Origin: Adineta steineri | Lineage: Eukaryota | NCBI GenBank assembly: GCA_905250115.1 | Contig: CAJNOI010000004.1 | Span: 272,871-292,193, forward strand | Direction: 5' to 3' | Length of the DNA: 19,323 nucleotides | In this document: positions 1-10,710 of the stretch, piece after piece | Position numbering within the stretch: the stretch's first letter is position 1 | How the letters are laid out: each line of letters opens with the position of its first letter | Notes under the pieces: model-generated | Seen by the model: only the letters and a program-made list of their open reading frames with translations | What the model was told of the DNA's origin: nothing | Database searches by the model: none | Translations under genes and position numbers: made by a program

Positions 1-425
1 TCAACATTTTACTATAGGTTAGGAAAAGGAAAAAAGAAAAGTTTTCTTTTATCGATTACTCATTTATATAATTGTGTTAAATGAACACTTTACTGTAGGC
101 TAGAAAAGAAAAACAAGAAAAGTTTTTTGAATCCATTTATGATTGATAGAAATGTGTATATAAATGATATAAATCAATACTTGATAGTTTGTTTTATTCT
201 TTATTTTCAAAATGAGAACAATCTTCTGAATGCTCATTTATATTATAAGTCGAATTAGACATCTCATGACTCCATGACTTAAACAATGTTTGTTGAAGTA
301 AAAAAATAGTATAATTATACGAAACGATTCTTTCTGAATTTATTGTCAAAAATTCGTTAAAACGTGGAAAAGTGTTAAAGATCGTTAACTGTTTAAAAGC
401 GGTTTTGGCGACAAATTCAACATTT
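1..425 (+). repeat. Direct repeat copy 1 (may extend left of the window); promoter/5'-flank of the cysteine protease gene
   Basis: The first ~119 nt (TCAACATTTTACTATAGGTTAGG...GGCTAGAAAAGAAAAA) are identical to 16528 onward; similarity continues to ...CGACAAATTCAACATTT. Confidence 0.9.
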
Positions 426-464
426 CTAAGAGAAATGTCTTCATTTATAAATCAAAATATTTAG

Positions 465-1894
465 ATGCAACTAATTTCGATTATTACAATTGTTGTACTC
501 AGCTTCGGTTGTGTATTGGCGTATAACAAAACACGTAATCAACAATGGAAGTTATGGAAAGATAAACACAAGAAAAACTATTCTGATGCCGACGAACTTG
601 TTCGGTATAGTATATTATTCTTTATTTCTATTTCTAATTGATTATCAAACTCTGCAATTGCAGACGTGCTGTGTGGGAGAATAATTCGAAGATTATCGAA
701 GAACACAATCTTCAAGCTAATCTTGGTGTTTATACGTATCGACTTGGAATGAATCAATATGGAGATTTAGTAAGCTTTTATATTGTAATCTTCAAGTATA
801 GTTTATCTATAATTTGTTTCACAAATAGACTGTCAATGAGTTTGTGCAAAAATACACTGGTTTCAAAGGAAAGATGAAAACAAAAGACAATCAAGTTCAT
901 GAAGTATTGGTATCCGATTCGACTGCTAGTCTACCAGACTCTGTTGGTATGTATTACAGTGAACTGAAACTATGACTTATGAAAGTATTTGACTGTTTTC
1001 TTGCTAGATTGGCGTAACCAGAGCGTTGTTGAAGCAGTCAAAGATCAAGGCGCTTGCGGATCATGTTGGGCCTTCTCAACAGCTGGCGCAATTGAAAGTG
1101 CATATGCTATTAAAAATGGCACGCTTCTTTCCCTTTCTGAACAACAATTAAATGATTGTTCTGGCGGAGATGGAAATGAAGGTTGTAACGGTGGTATGAC
1201 GGATAATGGCTTTGTATATGTCATCAATGCAGGTGGCATCGAAACAGAAAGTTCATATCCATATAAAACGGTTGACCAGGCATGCATGTTCAATGCAACA
1301 GACATTGCTGTCAAAGTCTGCGATTTCGTTCAGTTAGCATCAGGAAATGAAGCAGTTCTCCAACAAGCCGTTGCTACAATTGGACCAATATCAGTCTCGA
1401 TTGATGCTAGTCATTCCTCATTTTACTTATATGAATCCGGTGGTATGTAATATTCTTCTTCTATCTCCAACTATCATTTTGTACAATTTTTTAATAGTCT
1501 ACAATGAACCAACTTGCTCACAAACCTTATTTGATCTTGATCATGCTGTTCTTCTTATTGGTTATGGTACAGACGGAGGCGATGATTATTGGCTGATAAA
1601 AAACAGGTAATTATTATGTTTTAGATAGTCTATTAATAAATTCACTACTTCTATTATGATCTCAGTTGGGGCACAAGTTGGGGTGAACAAGGTTATATGA
1701 AAATGACACGAGATCAAAATAATCAATGCGGTATCGCGACGTTTGCCAACTATCCGATTATTTGCTCCGCTAATATGCAACCAGTACAACATCAACCAGT
1801 ACAGCATTGGGTATCGGATGCTTTCTGTATGACACCTAATATGTTCCTGATGATCGGTATCTGTTGCTTTGTAAAGACAATTTACGACTTGTAA
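465..1894 (+). CDS. Secreted papain-family (C1A, cathepsin L-like) cysteine protease with I29-type propeptide; exons 465..604, 664..769, 829..946, 1008..1442, 1498..1606, 1666..1894
   Basis: Manual splicing at GT/AG sites gives one continuous frame: [94 protein letters not shown]... [30 protein letters not shown]... [11 protein letters not shown]... [20 protein letters not shown]...[12 protein letters not shown]. Signal peptide, ERFNIN-like propeptide, oxyanion Gln ([10 protein letters not shown]), catalytic Cys, His (LDHAV) and Asn (KNSWG) are all present. Confidence 0.95.
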
Positions 1895-2366
1895 CAGCCT
1901 GTTTCAGAATATATCACTATAAACATATACACAACCCACAAAAACCTCACACTGACATTCATACCATCACTCATGCCACCTTTCTCTGAACTATGTTTTC
2001 ATTCCTAATTTGAAAATAAATATTTATACCAGAAATCTTCAAATTGCTTCATTTATATGTGATCGTTAGATACAATTGCAAAATAGAAAATCGATTTTTA
2101 TTTCAAGATTCAGATAGAATTATACTATACAAGAAAAACACCCATAATTTTCACATCTCCAACATAGTTTTTCTTTCTTATTTGCTTCTAAATGCCAACG
2201 GATAAAATGTAAAAAAACAATTTCACATTCAACAACGCGTGAATAGAAAGAAAGATGAAAAAATAAAAAGCTTTCTCATTTTCTTGTTTACATGGTGCAC
2301 ACAATACCTTCATCATCGGCATCAAATTTCTACAACTGTCGCTCGCATTGAACGTGTACAATAAAA

Positions 2367-4220
2367 ATGGGTTGTGTTCCTCTTCGTCGAAAGAAGCTTT
2401 TCCCCTTATCCTCACTTTTGCAACGCCTTCCGAAGCAAAAAGCTACGTTCGACGAAACCTTTTCCAGCAAAACGGATACGTACCTAAAAATGAATTTGGA
2501 GTCATTCAACAACGAAATATTGCTTGATTTATTTGAATATCTTAGCGTTGTTCAGCTTCTTCGTGCCTTTTATGGTCTCAGTTGTCGCTTCAATGGTCTT
2601 CTCTTCGAGTATCTGCAAACTCATGATCTTGATTTTCGATCTGTATCAAAATATGACTTCGATACACTCTGTCGACAATTTCTTTCATCTGATGTCGATA
2701 AAATCTTTTCACTTTCCCTGTCAGACGATGACAGTACTCCAAATCAAACCACTTATTTTCTTGAACATGGTTTCAATCTTCTTCATTTCACTCATTTGCG
2801 ATCACTTTCCTTGTATTACGTCACTTCTGTTAATACAATCAAGGGACTAATGTCCACTTGGCCTCATCTCCCTAATCTCAGTACTCTGAGATTGAAACAA
2901 CGCTCCTGTCTAGATGATGAAATAAATTCTCTCACTTTTGTGAATAGCATTTGGAGTATACCTAAACTAGTTGATTGTTATCTACACGTTTATTTGAATT
3001 GGCAATTATATTTTCCTGTGCCAACTGTGATCTCATCAACCTTGAAGTATTTATTTATCTCAGGTTCTAAGTGTAAGTTCAGTGAAATGGCTTCTTTATT
3101 CAAACATTCACCGTGTATTCAGAATCTTTTCATCAAGATCATTTACGATTCGACTATGATATACCTGTCATCAGCTGTTTCATCAATCAATGCCTTACAT
3201 ATCTCGTTTTCCGACGGCATAACAGACGACATGGTGATAAATGTTATTCAAAACATTCCAAATTTGTGTCATTTAACAGTTCAGACACAGACCATCATAA
3301 ACGGACAAATACTGGAACAAATGATTCGCAACTATTTACCCAATCTGAAAACATTTCGTTTTAAAATGAGTAGTATACTTCGTATACCAAACAGCGTGGA
3401 ACAATACATGGATGCACTCATTCACTCGTTTCAAAGTAGATTTTGGCTTGACGAGTATCGTTTGTTCGTTCGATGCGATATCAGAGATACTCAGGCACGC
3501 TACTATAGCATTAATTTTTACTCTTTACCTTATGCTTTCGAGGATATCCATGACTTCTCAGATATATACAAATCGACTTGTTCTAACGATTATAATCATT
3601 CTTCATCATATAATCGTGTACGTCGTTTCGAATATAAAGATTGGTTCAACAAAAACTCCGTTGCACCTCAAATGTACTTCAATAATCTTCGTCATCTTTC
3701 CGTTGAACTTCCTGTCAATGACTTATTTGGGTTGATTGTACCAAGTTTTGATCGATTGAATTCACTCCAAGTATCATTGTCGAATGAGAATGCAATCTGT
3801 GCGTCCCAGTTACAAAATATTCTCGATCGAGCACCTCGTCTGTATTCGATACAGTTCGTTAGGTTGCCATTCTACTGTGGCGAGTTACCACCGTTTCAGA
3901 ACAGACATGCGTCTGTATGTCAACTAGATGTAAGAGCGAGTGATTTATGGTATAACAATGAAGAGTGTGTTGAATTAAGCGCTTCACCTCTAGGTATTCA
4001 ATGTAAGATACTTTTCATTCGCGTACAAAATCAGCAATGCGTACTTGATCTTATTAACAACATGCCTAACCTTCAAGCATTGTTTGTTCAATTCGGTTAT
4101 GACATACTTTGTGAAACATCAGCGTCACTTATCGCGTGGTTACGGTGTAATTTACCATCGACATGTATGATTACAAAGGATAAAGATTATGACTTAGACA
4201 TTCATTTGTGGATTCGTTAA
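2367..4220 (+). CDS. F-box domain protein with long LRR-like C-terminal region (single exon); alternative start at ATG 2490
   Basis: 617-aa open frame. MNLESFNNEILLDLFEYLSVVQLLRAFYGLSCRFNGLLFEYL is an F-box-like start, followed by repeated L..L.L segments (HLRSLSLYYV, PNLSTLRLKQ, PNLCHLTVQT, NLRHLSVELP). The ATG at 2490 gives the canonical-looking N-terminus of this family, so the first 41 aa may be 5' UTR. Confidence 0.85.
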   Translation: MGCVPLRRKKLFPLSSLLQRLPKQKATFDETFSSKTDTYLKMNLESFNNEILLDLFEYLSVVQLLRAFYGLSCRFNGLLFEYLQTHDLDFRSVSKYDFDTLCRQFLSSDVDKIFSLSLSDDDSTPNQTTYFLEHGFNLLHFTHLRSLSLYYVTSVNTIKGLMSTWPHLPNLSTLRLKQRSCLDDEINSLTFVNSIWSIPKLVDCYLHVYLNWQLYFPVPTVISSTLKYLFISGSKCKFSEMASLFKHSPCIQNLFIKIIYDSTMIYLSSAVSSINALHISFSDGITDDMVINVIQNIPNLCHLTVQTQTIINGQILEQMIRNYLPNLKTFRFKMSSILRIPNSVEQYMDALIHSFQSRFWLDEYRLFVRCDIRDTQARYYSINFYSLPYAFEDIHDFSDIYKSTCSNDYNHSSSYNRVRRFEYKDWFNKNSVAPQMYFNNLRHLSVELPVNDLFGLIVPSFDRLNSLQVSLSNENAICASQLQNILDRAPRLYSIQFVRLPFYCGELPPFQNRHASVCQLDVRASDLWYNNEECVELSASPLGIQCKILFIRVQNQQCVLDLINNMPNLQALFVQFGYDILCETSASLIAWLRCNLPSTCMITKDKDYDLDIHLWIR

Positions 4221-4276
4221 TAAATAAAGGAGTGTATGAATGAGAGTATTCTCTTGATCTGTATTCGTAAGAAAAC

Positions 4277-4362
4277 TAGGGTGTGTTGTTGATGTGAATG
4301 TGAGTGTGAGTGTGGGTGTAGGTGTGGGCATCTATCTTCTCTTGACCCACACCCACACCCTA
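4277..4362. repeat. GT-rich/CA-rich foldback element (copy 1), TAGGGTGTG...CACACCCTA
   Basis: TAGGGTGTGTTGTTGATGTGAATGTGAGTGTGAGTGTGGGTGTAGGTGTGGGCA - ATCT loop region - GACCCACACCCACACCCTA; complementary ends; begins 57 bp after the F-box stop codon. Confidence 0.75.
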
Positions 4363-6873
4363 ACAAATACTTTTTTTTGTAAAATTGTTTTATTATTATT
4401 ATTAACATCATCTTCTGTTCTTAAATTGACAATATTATGACAAAAAAAACCATTGCAAGATAATGAAAATATTAGAAAAGATGAAGAATCAGAGTTAGTT
4501 GTTGCATTTTAAATTATTTTTTCTTTTATCTATCAGCCTTTTATTTATTTATTTTGTTATCATTAATGACCCTAAACAAAATATTATTTCGTATATTTCA
4601 CATTTTTTTAGATAAAAAAGATTCTTCAGGTTTATGATAAATCTTTAGCTGCATAAGAAAAAGAAGTTAGAACTATGACAAAAAACTACATGTATATAGC
4701 AATTAGTGACAAGAAACAAACTTTGGACTTGTGACAACAAAAAGTTTGAGCTGTATGACAAGAATCTGTAGTGGCGTATCAAAAAAAATCTTCAATTATC
4801 AGAAGAAAATATTGAAGTGTACCACAAACAAAAGTTCTTCACAATTCATGCAAACTTGCCAATCAGAAAACCCAGCATAAGTGTAACAAAAAGTGTAAAT
4901 ATAAACAAAGTGGTTGGAATTGTTACGAAGCTTGTTCCTAAAATATAGAAATTAATGGATATTGCATGGAAGCTGTATTCTCGTTGAACGGAACCGGTGA
5001 CTGGATTTATCTGGTTTAGATGGAAACCGACAGGAACATGTCAAACCCGAAAGCCGGATACGGTTACCTCACTTCTCCATCGGATTTCTGGCATTTTCTG
5101 GACGGGTTTCACCCAGAAATGGCGAGTTTCTTCAGGGATTTCGCTGGAAATTCATGGAATCCTGCTTCAGAAACCATCGTCCTGGGATATGTGGGTAAAT
5201 GTCAGAAAACTGTGACTTATGATGACGACAACCACGTGTTTTACCATGACTTATTTTAACATCACATGTTTTAATATTACGCGGCCCTTTTGTACTTCCA
5301 GCATCTGAACTTTCTTCATCAACAGACTAAAACAAACATGAAAAGATAATTTAAACGAAAGTTTTACTGCATTCAAAGGCATATACTATCATATCTTCTC
5401 GTACAACATACCTTCTTTATCTGCTTTCGGTTGTCATATATTATATATTACTGTAATTATCTCTGTACAGGTCTGACTGCGTAAATCATAAAAACCAGAC
5501 AAAATTCGATCATCATCATAGCTAATTTTATAAATTAGAGATAATATAATACAGTTCAAAGTAGTGAGCGTATATGATTGTTGTGTGTTAGATTTAGTGA
5601 GATAAATCCTTTAGGCTGTTAAAAGAACGATATTAAACAATGAAAAATGGATGTTTACTCTAAACTGTGATTTCTCTCTTATAAACAAATGGCAGAATTC
5701 TAAGACAAAGAAAAATAAAAGCAAAATAAATAAAATATAGTTTGATTGTATTCGACTTTCTTTTGTATTGATCTATTTGAGAAGTTTGACTTGCAGAGAA
5801 AAATGGATTTACTTACAGTTAGATTTTCTCCTGTTGGAACTTTTTGACACATGTTTGATGACACTAGAGAAATAGAACGATTGAAAATGTGAAAGATAAA
5901 AGCAAATTAGAGGCGCATTTCTACGTGTATATATATTGCAATGATCAATCAATATATCTTTCATGGCGGACAACTATATTGTTTTTTTCTTTTTTCATCC
6001 AATGAACGTGCGTAAAAGCTCAACGTATTGGAATAATAACATGACAATTCGATGTTGAATTTCATCAAATAAACTGTTTTTCAAGTGTTAGCAGTGAACA
6101 ATGGAATACGAATAACATTCTGAATTCAAAATATTGTTCTCTTCAGCTACTTTATTTTGTTCATGTTGGGTAGCACAGAAGATAGAGTTATGATTTATAG
6201 TGACATAGAAGAATGACTGCAAAATATTCTATTCGTAGATTCGTGATCATATCTAAAGATGATCTAGATCTGTTATGTACTGTCTTTATACGCTTTTTCT
6301 TAATTCTTTTTACACGGTTTTCTATGAAACAGAAGTTCAAATCTATGTATCATATAAATTGGATTTAATTATTTGTCATTTTGACATTTATAAAGAAATA
6401 TATTTGACTCAGTTCTAATTTGTACATTCAGATACTATATTGATCAATAAAAATATCAACTTATCTCTTTTTATTTTTCCTCATCTATTTTAAAGTTTCG
6501 TTTTTTTTCCTTTCTTGCTTAATTATGATTATTTATAGATACATCCACGGTTACTAGGTCACCTTAGAATAAATATTCTTCTTATATTAACAAGTAACGC
6601 TCGTCTGCGGACTCGCTCAGCTCTTTCTCGTAGAAATCGGAGTCTACAATACTAAACTTTTTGCTTATGCAGTTTGGAAAAATTAACACCAGATTTGTGT
6701 TCTTCCACCTCACTCACCCTTCGGTCACCTCTTATGAAAAATTTGTTTTTATAAAAATTGGTTCTCTTCCTAAAAAAGTGATCCATAAAATTATTTTATG
6801 AAACTAACAACAGATTCGAAGTCTCCGCATCGAAATGCCTCAAAAATGTCTTTTCTAAAAAATCGATTCTCGA

Positions 6874-7130
6874 ATTACCCTCTGGTAAAACTTTCTTGGA
6901 ACTATCTTTACGATTAATAATATTAATTAATTATTAATTGATTTTTAACTAAAATTAACCTCACATTAGAATGCTTGGCACGCGATTACCCTTCGGTCAA
7001 ACTTTTTTCAAAAATTAATAATATCAATTATTAACTGATTATTAACTAATTAATTTTAATAAATCAATCTTAGATTCAAGTTCCCCGCTCTCGATTACCC
7101 CAGTCGAAGTTTTCCGGAAGTATCTGAAAA
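6874..7130. repeat. Degenerate AT-rich tandem repeat, period about 110 bp, three phased copies of an ATTACCC..GGTAAAACTTT / ATTACCCTTCGGTCAAACTTTTTT motif
   Basis: ATTACCC occurs at 6874, 6985 and 7094 (spacing 111 and 109 bp), each followed by a related (T)CGGTCAAACTTT-like string and AATTAATAATATTAATTA-type tracts. A related CACCCTTCGGTCACC lies upstream near 6716. Confidence 0.6.
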
Positions 7131-7233
7131 ATTAAATTTCAATGTTTTTTTGACCCTGCAGACATACAAGCAAGCAAGCAATCAATCAGATAATTTATGT
7201 TTACTGGATTCTACTCTACGAGAAAGAGAATAA

Positions 7234-7285
7234 TAGGGTGTGGGTGTCTTTTCGGTTAACTGACGCCCACTCACACCCACACCCT
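7234..7285. repeat. GT-rich/CA-rich foldback element (copy 2)
   Basis: TAGGGTGTGGGTGTC...CGCCCACTCACACCCACACCCT with complementary arms around a ~20 nt centre. Confidence 0.75.
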
Positions 7286-7643
7286 GACTTGCTGATATTT
7301 ACTCCGAAATTTAATACTAATAAAATATTTTATTATTTAAAATCTTATGCTAACACATCTATTGATTCAATGATAGTAATATGAGATATTTACTTTCAGC
7401 ATACAATTTCTATACATATTGACTTAAGAGTCTACTTGAGTATCAACTGAAACTATGCAAACTGTATCTGACTATTAGGATCCATTTACAATTTGAAAAA
7501 ATATACGCATGATGGCAACTACTACCAGAGAAGTATCAAATCTTTTATCGATCACAATAGAAGTAATCTATTTTGTAATTAAACTGTCACATAGCGATTC
7601 TCTATCAGACATCTCGTCAAAACTTAATAAAACTCTCTATTTT

Positions 7644-7716
7644 GAGCGTGGGAATGGATGTGGCTGTGTATGCGAATATATATCATCTCTTTCTCCAAAT
7701 CCACACTCACACCCTC
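7644..7716. repeat. GT-rich/CA-rich foldback element (copy 3, degenerate)
   Basis: GAGCGTGGGAATGGATGTGGCTGTGT...CCAAATCCACACTCACACCCTC. Confidence 0.6.
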
Positions 7717-7803
7717 TATAATATATATTTGTTCTTGACTTACTCAATGTAAATCCAGCATAATTCTGAATATGTCTCGCATAAAGAAAAATATATTTAT
7801 ACA

Positions 7804-7860
7804 AGAAAAGAGAAAAGAAAAAAGAAAAAAGAAAAAAAGGAGCGACATTTTTTTTTTGAT
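7804..7860. repeat. Low-complexity purine run (AGAAAAGAGAAAAGAAAAAAG...) ending in a poly-T run
   Basis: Direct reading of sequence. Confidence 0.8.
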
Positions 7861-8038
7861 GGCTTACTTTATTAAAGAAACGACAAAAAAAACTTGCTTA
7901 TAGTTAATCGACTGCGAAGTGAATGTGATATATCTAGATAGACAGATATATAGTTGATTTCAATATATTTTGTATTTAATAAAATATTGTTTTATTTATA
8001 CCTTTATATATTAACTTCACAATTTCAGCGAGTTAATT

Positions 8039-8883
8039 ATGAAACCAACGGTGACTAATAAAGATACAGTTATTCCTTTGGAAGAAAGATCCACTATCGT
8101 CAATGATCCAGTTGTAACACAAGAAACGCCAGATGAACAAGTAGCGATGAATGTAGCAGAAGTTGACACCAGAAATCCAGCTGCAGCTTTAAATAAAGTT
8201 GCAAAATCACTTCCAATGATGACTATGGGTGCACTTCTTGGACTTATTATTATACCGAGTGAGTAATTATTCATTTTTTCTTTTTCTAATCAATCGACTG
8301 AAATTAATATAAAATTTCTATATGTGATTTTCTTGAAAAAAAATTAAATCGATTAAGTAAATATCTCATATTATCTATTGGCATAGTTTATGTCTTATTT
8401 TAGTTCTACAATTGTATATTGGTTGGGAATATGCCGATGCATGTCCAGTCAATCCAAAGATACCAAAATATCTTTTCGTTGCTGGAACTGTTGGAATTGT
8501 TTCTGTTATATTAAATCAACTTCGAGTTTATTTAGCGGCAAAAAGTGCACAACCATCGGTAGACATAACCGATCGTAAGACTACTATTACTGCAGCTACG
8601 GGCACAAATAGTCCATTGAACTCCGTTATCACGACTATTACCTATGCTCTCAATATCTTCATGGTTGTTTGGTTTATTTTTGGATGTATATGGATATTTC
8701 GTGTATGGAATGATGTCAAATATCGTCCACGAAATCATCCTCATTTTTGTCAGGCATTAGTCTATCGATTTGCTTATATATCGGCTTCTTTTAATTCCAA
8801 TTTTGTTCATACTTTTTTGTCGCTGTTGTCTATTATGTTTAGGATTCATTGCTGTGGTTGTTGTTGTAGCCTCATCTGACTAA
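8039..8883 (+). CDS. Four-TM, TMEM272-like membrane protein; exon 1 8039..8258, exon 2 8404..~8880; probable frameshift at 8761-8790 (in-frame stop at 8877-8879, shifted-frame stop at 8881-8883)
   Basis: Donor A|GTGAGT at 8258/8259 and acceptor TAG at 8401-8403 join MKPTVTNKDTV...NKVAKSLPMMTMGALLGLIIIP to ILQLYIGWEYADACPVNPKIPKYLFVAGTVGIVSVILNQL...ALNIFMVVWFIFGCIWIFRVWNDVKY. The DACPV.P.IP.YL.V.G motif after TM1 resembles TMEM272-like proteins. The fourth hydrophobic stretch (LLIPILFILFCRCCLLCLGFIAVVVVVASSD*) lies in the adjacent frame. Confidence 0.7.
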
Positions 8884-9323
8884 TAGAACTAGAAACAATT
8901 ACATGAATTTCTTTAAAATCTTGATATTCACATATTAGTTTTAATATATATGAAAACAATTTATATTTTTTTAATAAATTATCTCATAATCATCATCATT
9001 TTAGAAACATTTGAGAGCATATTGATGATGACTAAGAAAAATATTATTGTTTTAATGTATGAATAGAATCTCATCAACATTTTTATCATGAATTATATTT
9101 TGAATTCATATAATTTGAGTACTCGATTTTGAAGTTAGTCTGTTAATTAAATTGTCTTCTATTCTTACAGTGTTTCATATTTTGTCTGTTTATATTAGCC
9201 CTTTGACTTTCGAATTATTTTTTGCTGGATTGAATTTAAGTAAATCGTTGAATTAGCTTATTCTAGACGTAAGAGTATATGTCAGACATATCTCATACGC
9301 TCTCACAGGTGATTAGTTGATTT

Positions 9324-9382
9324 GTGGGTGAGGGTGTGGGTGTATCTTATTTATTTCACCCACACCCACCTACACCCTACCT
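9324..9382. repeat. GT-rich/CA-rich foldback element (copy 4)
   Basis: GTGGGTGAGGGTGTGGGTGTA...TTCACCCACACCCACCTACACCCTAC; complementary arms. Confidence 0.75.
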
Positions 9383-9794
9383 CTTAAAATTAGTTTCCCA
9401 AAGTCACATATGTTCAGGGTTGAATGATTCTAATGAAAAATATCCACGATAAAATTCCAGCTCAATGTAAGAACCATTTCGTTTAATTTAGTATGATATT
9501 AAAGAAACTGACTGTTCCTTCAATATATTTTGAACTATGTGAAATAAATTTTAATTTTCTATAAGAAAAATGATAAAAATTGATTTTCTTGTTAGATAGA
9601 CAGCTAATATATTACAATATTATTTCTCTCATATCTTATCGCCGAAGTTTAATTTCATTCAATGATCACGCAAAGGAAAGATAGTTTGTTTTATTCAAAT
9701 TAGAAGTCGCTAAAATCTTCAAATAAAATATAATAGTAATAGCGTATGCTGAGTCTGTTAAATCCTAGTTGTTTTGTAAAAAAAACCTACATCT

Positions 9795-10112
9795 TCATTT
9801 GCCTATAAACATACTATTTGCAATTGATATTGATGATTGGTTAATAAATATAAATGTCGAATTAAAATAAAATTCAATTGAAATTAAACTTTGATTAGAA
9901 GAAAATAATTGACAAGTTTGGTTTATTTGAAAATAGTTTAATGCAGATATTAATTTATCCGATGTTATCATTTGACATATACATTCATGTTGAGTTATAT
10001 TTGATAATAGTGAATTATTGATCATACCAATGATTATATTATTTTCTGTTGTACTCATATTTAAAGAATTAACTATGGAAAATATCGAGAATATAAGAAT
10101 CATGTAGTACAT
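9795..10112 (-). CDS. Small secreted Cys-containing protein or first exon of a larger extracellular protein gene, possibly a relic
   Basis: MYYMILIFSIFSIVNSLNMSTTENNIIIGMINNSLLSNITQHECICQMITSDKLISALNYFQINQTCQLFSSNQSLISIEFYFNSTFIFINQSSISIANSMFIGK*: signal-peptide-like N-terminus, three Cys (C-x-C...C), many N-x-S/T sites. A GTATGT donor-like site near the C-terminus (GCAAATA|GTATGT) hints that the frame may splice onward. Confidence 0.4.
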   Translation of the reverse strand: MYYMILIFSIFSIVNSLNMSTTENNIIIGMINNSLLSNITQHECICQMITSDKLISALNYFQINQTCQLFSSNQSLISIEFYFNSTFIFINQSSISIANSMFIGK

Positions 10113-10710
10113 GTTTTATTCTGCTGTCTTGCGCTTAAATATTTATACAAATGCCTTAATATATTTTATCGTTCATTTTTTGTTGTTTCATTCCCGGAAA
10201 AAGTTTACAGTTCATGTTTACTTGTTACAAAACAATCATCATGGATTTGTAAGAACAGAAAGAGTATTTTACTAGTTTCTTTACTCATTTATGAGATTCA
10301 AATATCATTATATTTGTAACAGAAAATAAAATCAATAGTTGCCTTTTGTTTCTTTCTTTCACTTTCTCTTCTCATTATACTGTGCATCAAATTTATTGCC
10401 AACAAAAGATATGACATAAGGGTTTTATTTCAGTTTGATCTGTATATGACGCTGAAATAAAACTCTTATCTCATATCTTGAATTGGTAATAAACTTGATG
10501 CAAAGTATGATAGCATAGAAAGAAAGAGGTAAAAAAATTTTGTCCATGGATGTAGATGATGCTCATAGCCGATTCGAATAATTTCAACGGTGGTTCATCC
10601 AAGAGCCTATTCTAGAGCTCTTAGTCAGTTTTTCAAGTACAACTTTGTGAGTTCTATTCAAAAGTATAATTAGATTTTCCATAACAGAGATGGACGGGGC
10701 ACCAAAGAAG

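Noticed and set aside
490-684. Track [27 protein letters not shown]...
   Set aside because: Wrong frame across exon 1 of the protease; the correct start is ATG 465 with a signal peptide.
1045-1314. 89-aa minus-strand ORF opposite the protease gene
   Set aside because: Antisense shadow of a clear coding exon.
2524-3735. Three + strand ORFs (2524..2850, 3113..3364, 3412..3735) within the F-box gene
   Set aside because: Out-of-frame hydrophobic/His-rich shadows inside the 617-aa frame.
7509-7721. 70-aa ORF ending GNGCGCVCEYISSLSPNPHSHPL
   Set aside because: The tail is simply a translated GT/CA foldback; no coding features.
8017-8274. 85-aa minus-strand ORF opposite TMEM272-like exon 1
   Set aside because: Antisense shadow; the + strand frame splices cleanly into a family-like protein.
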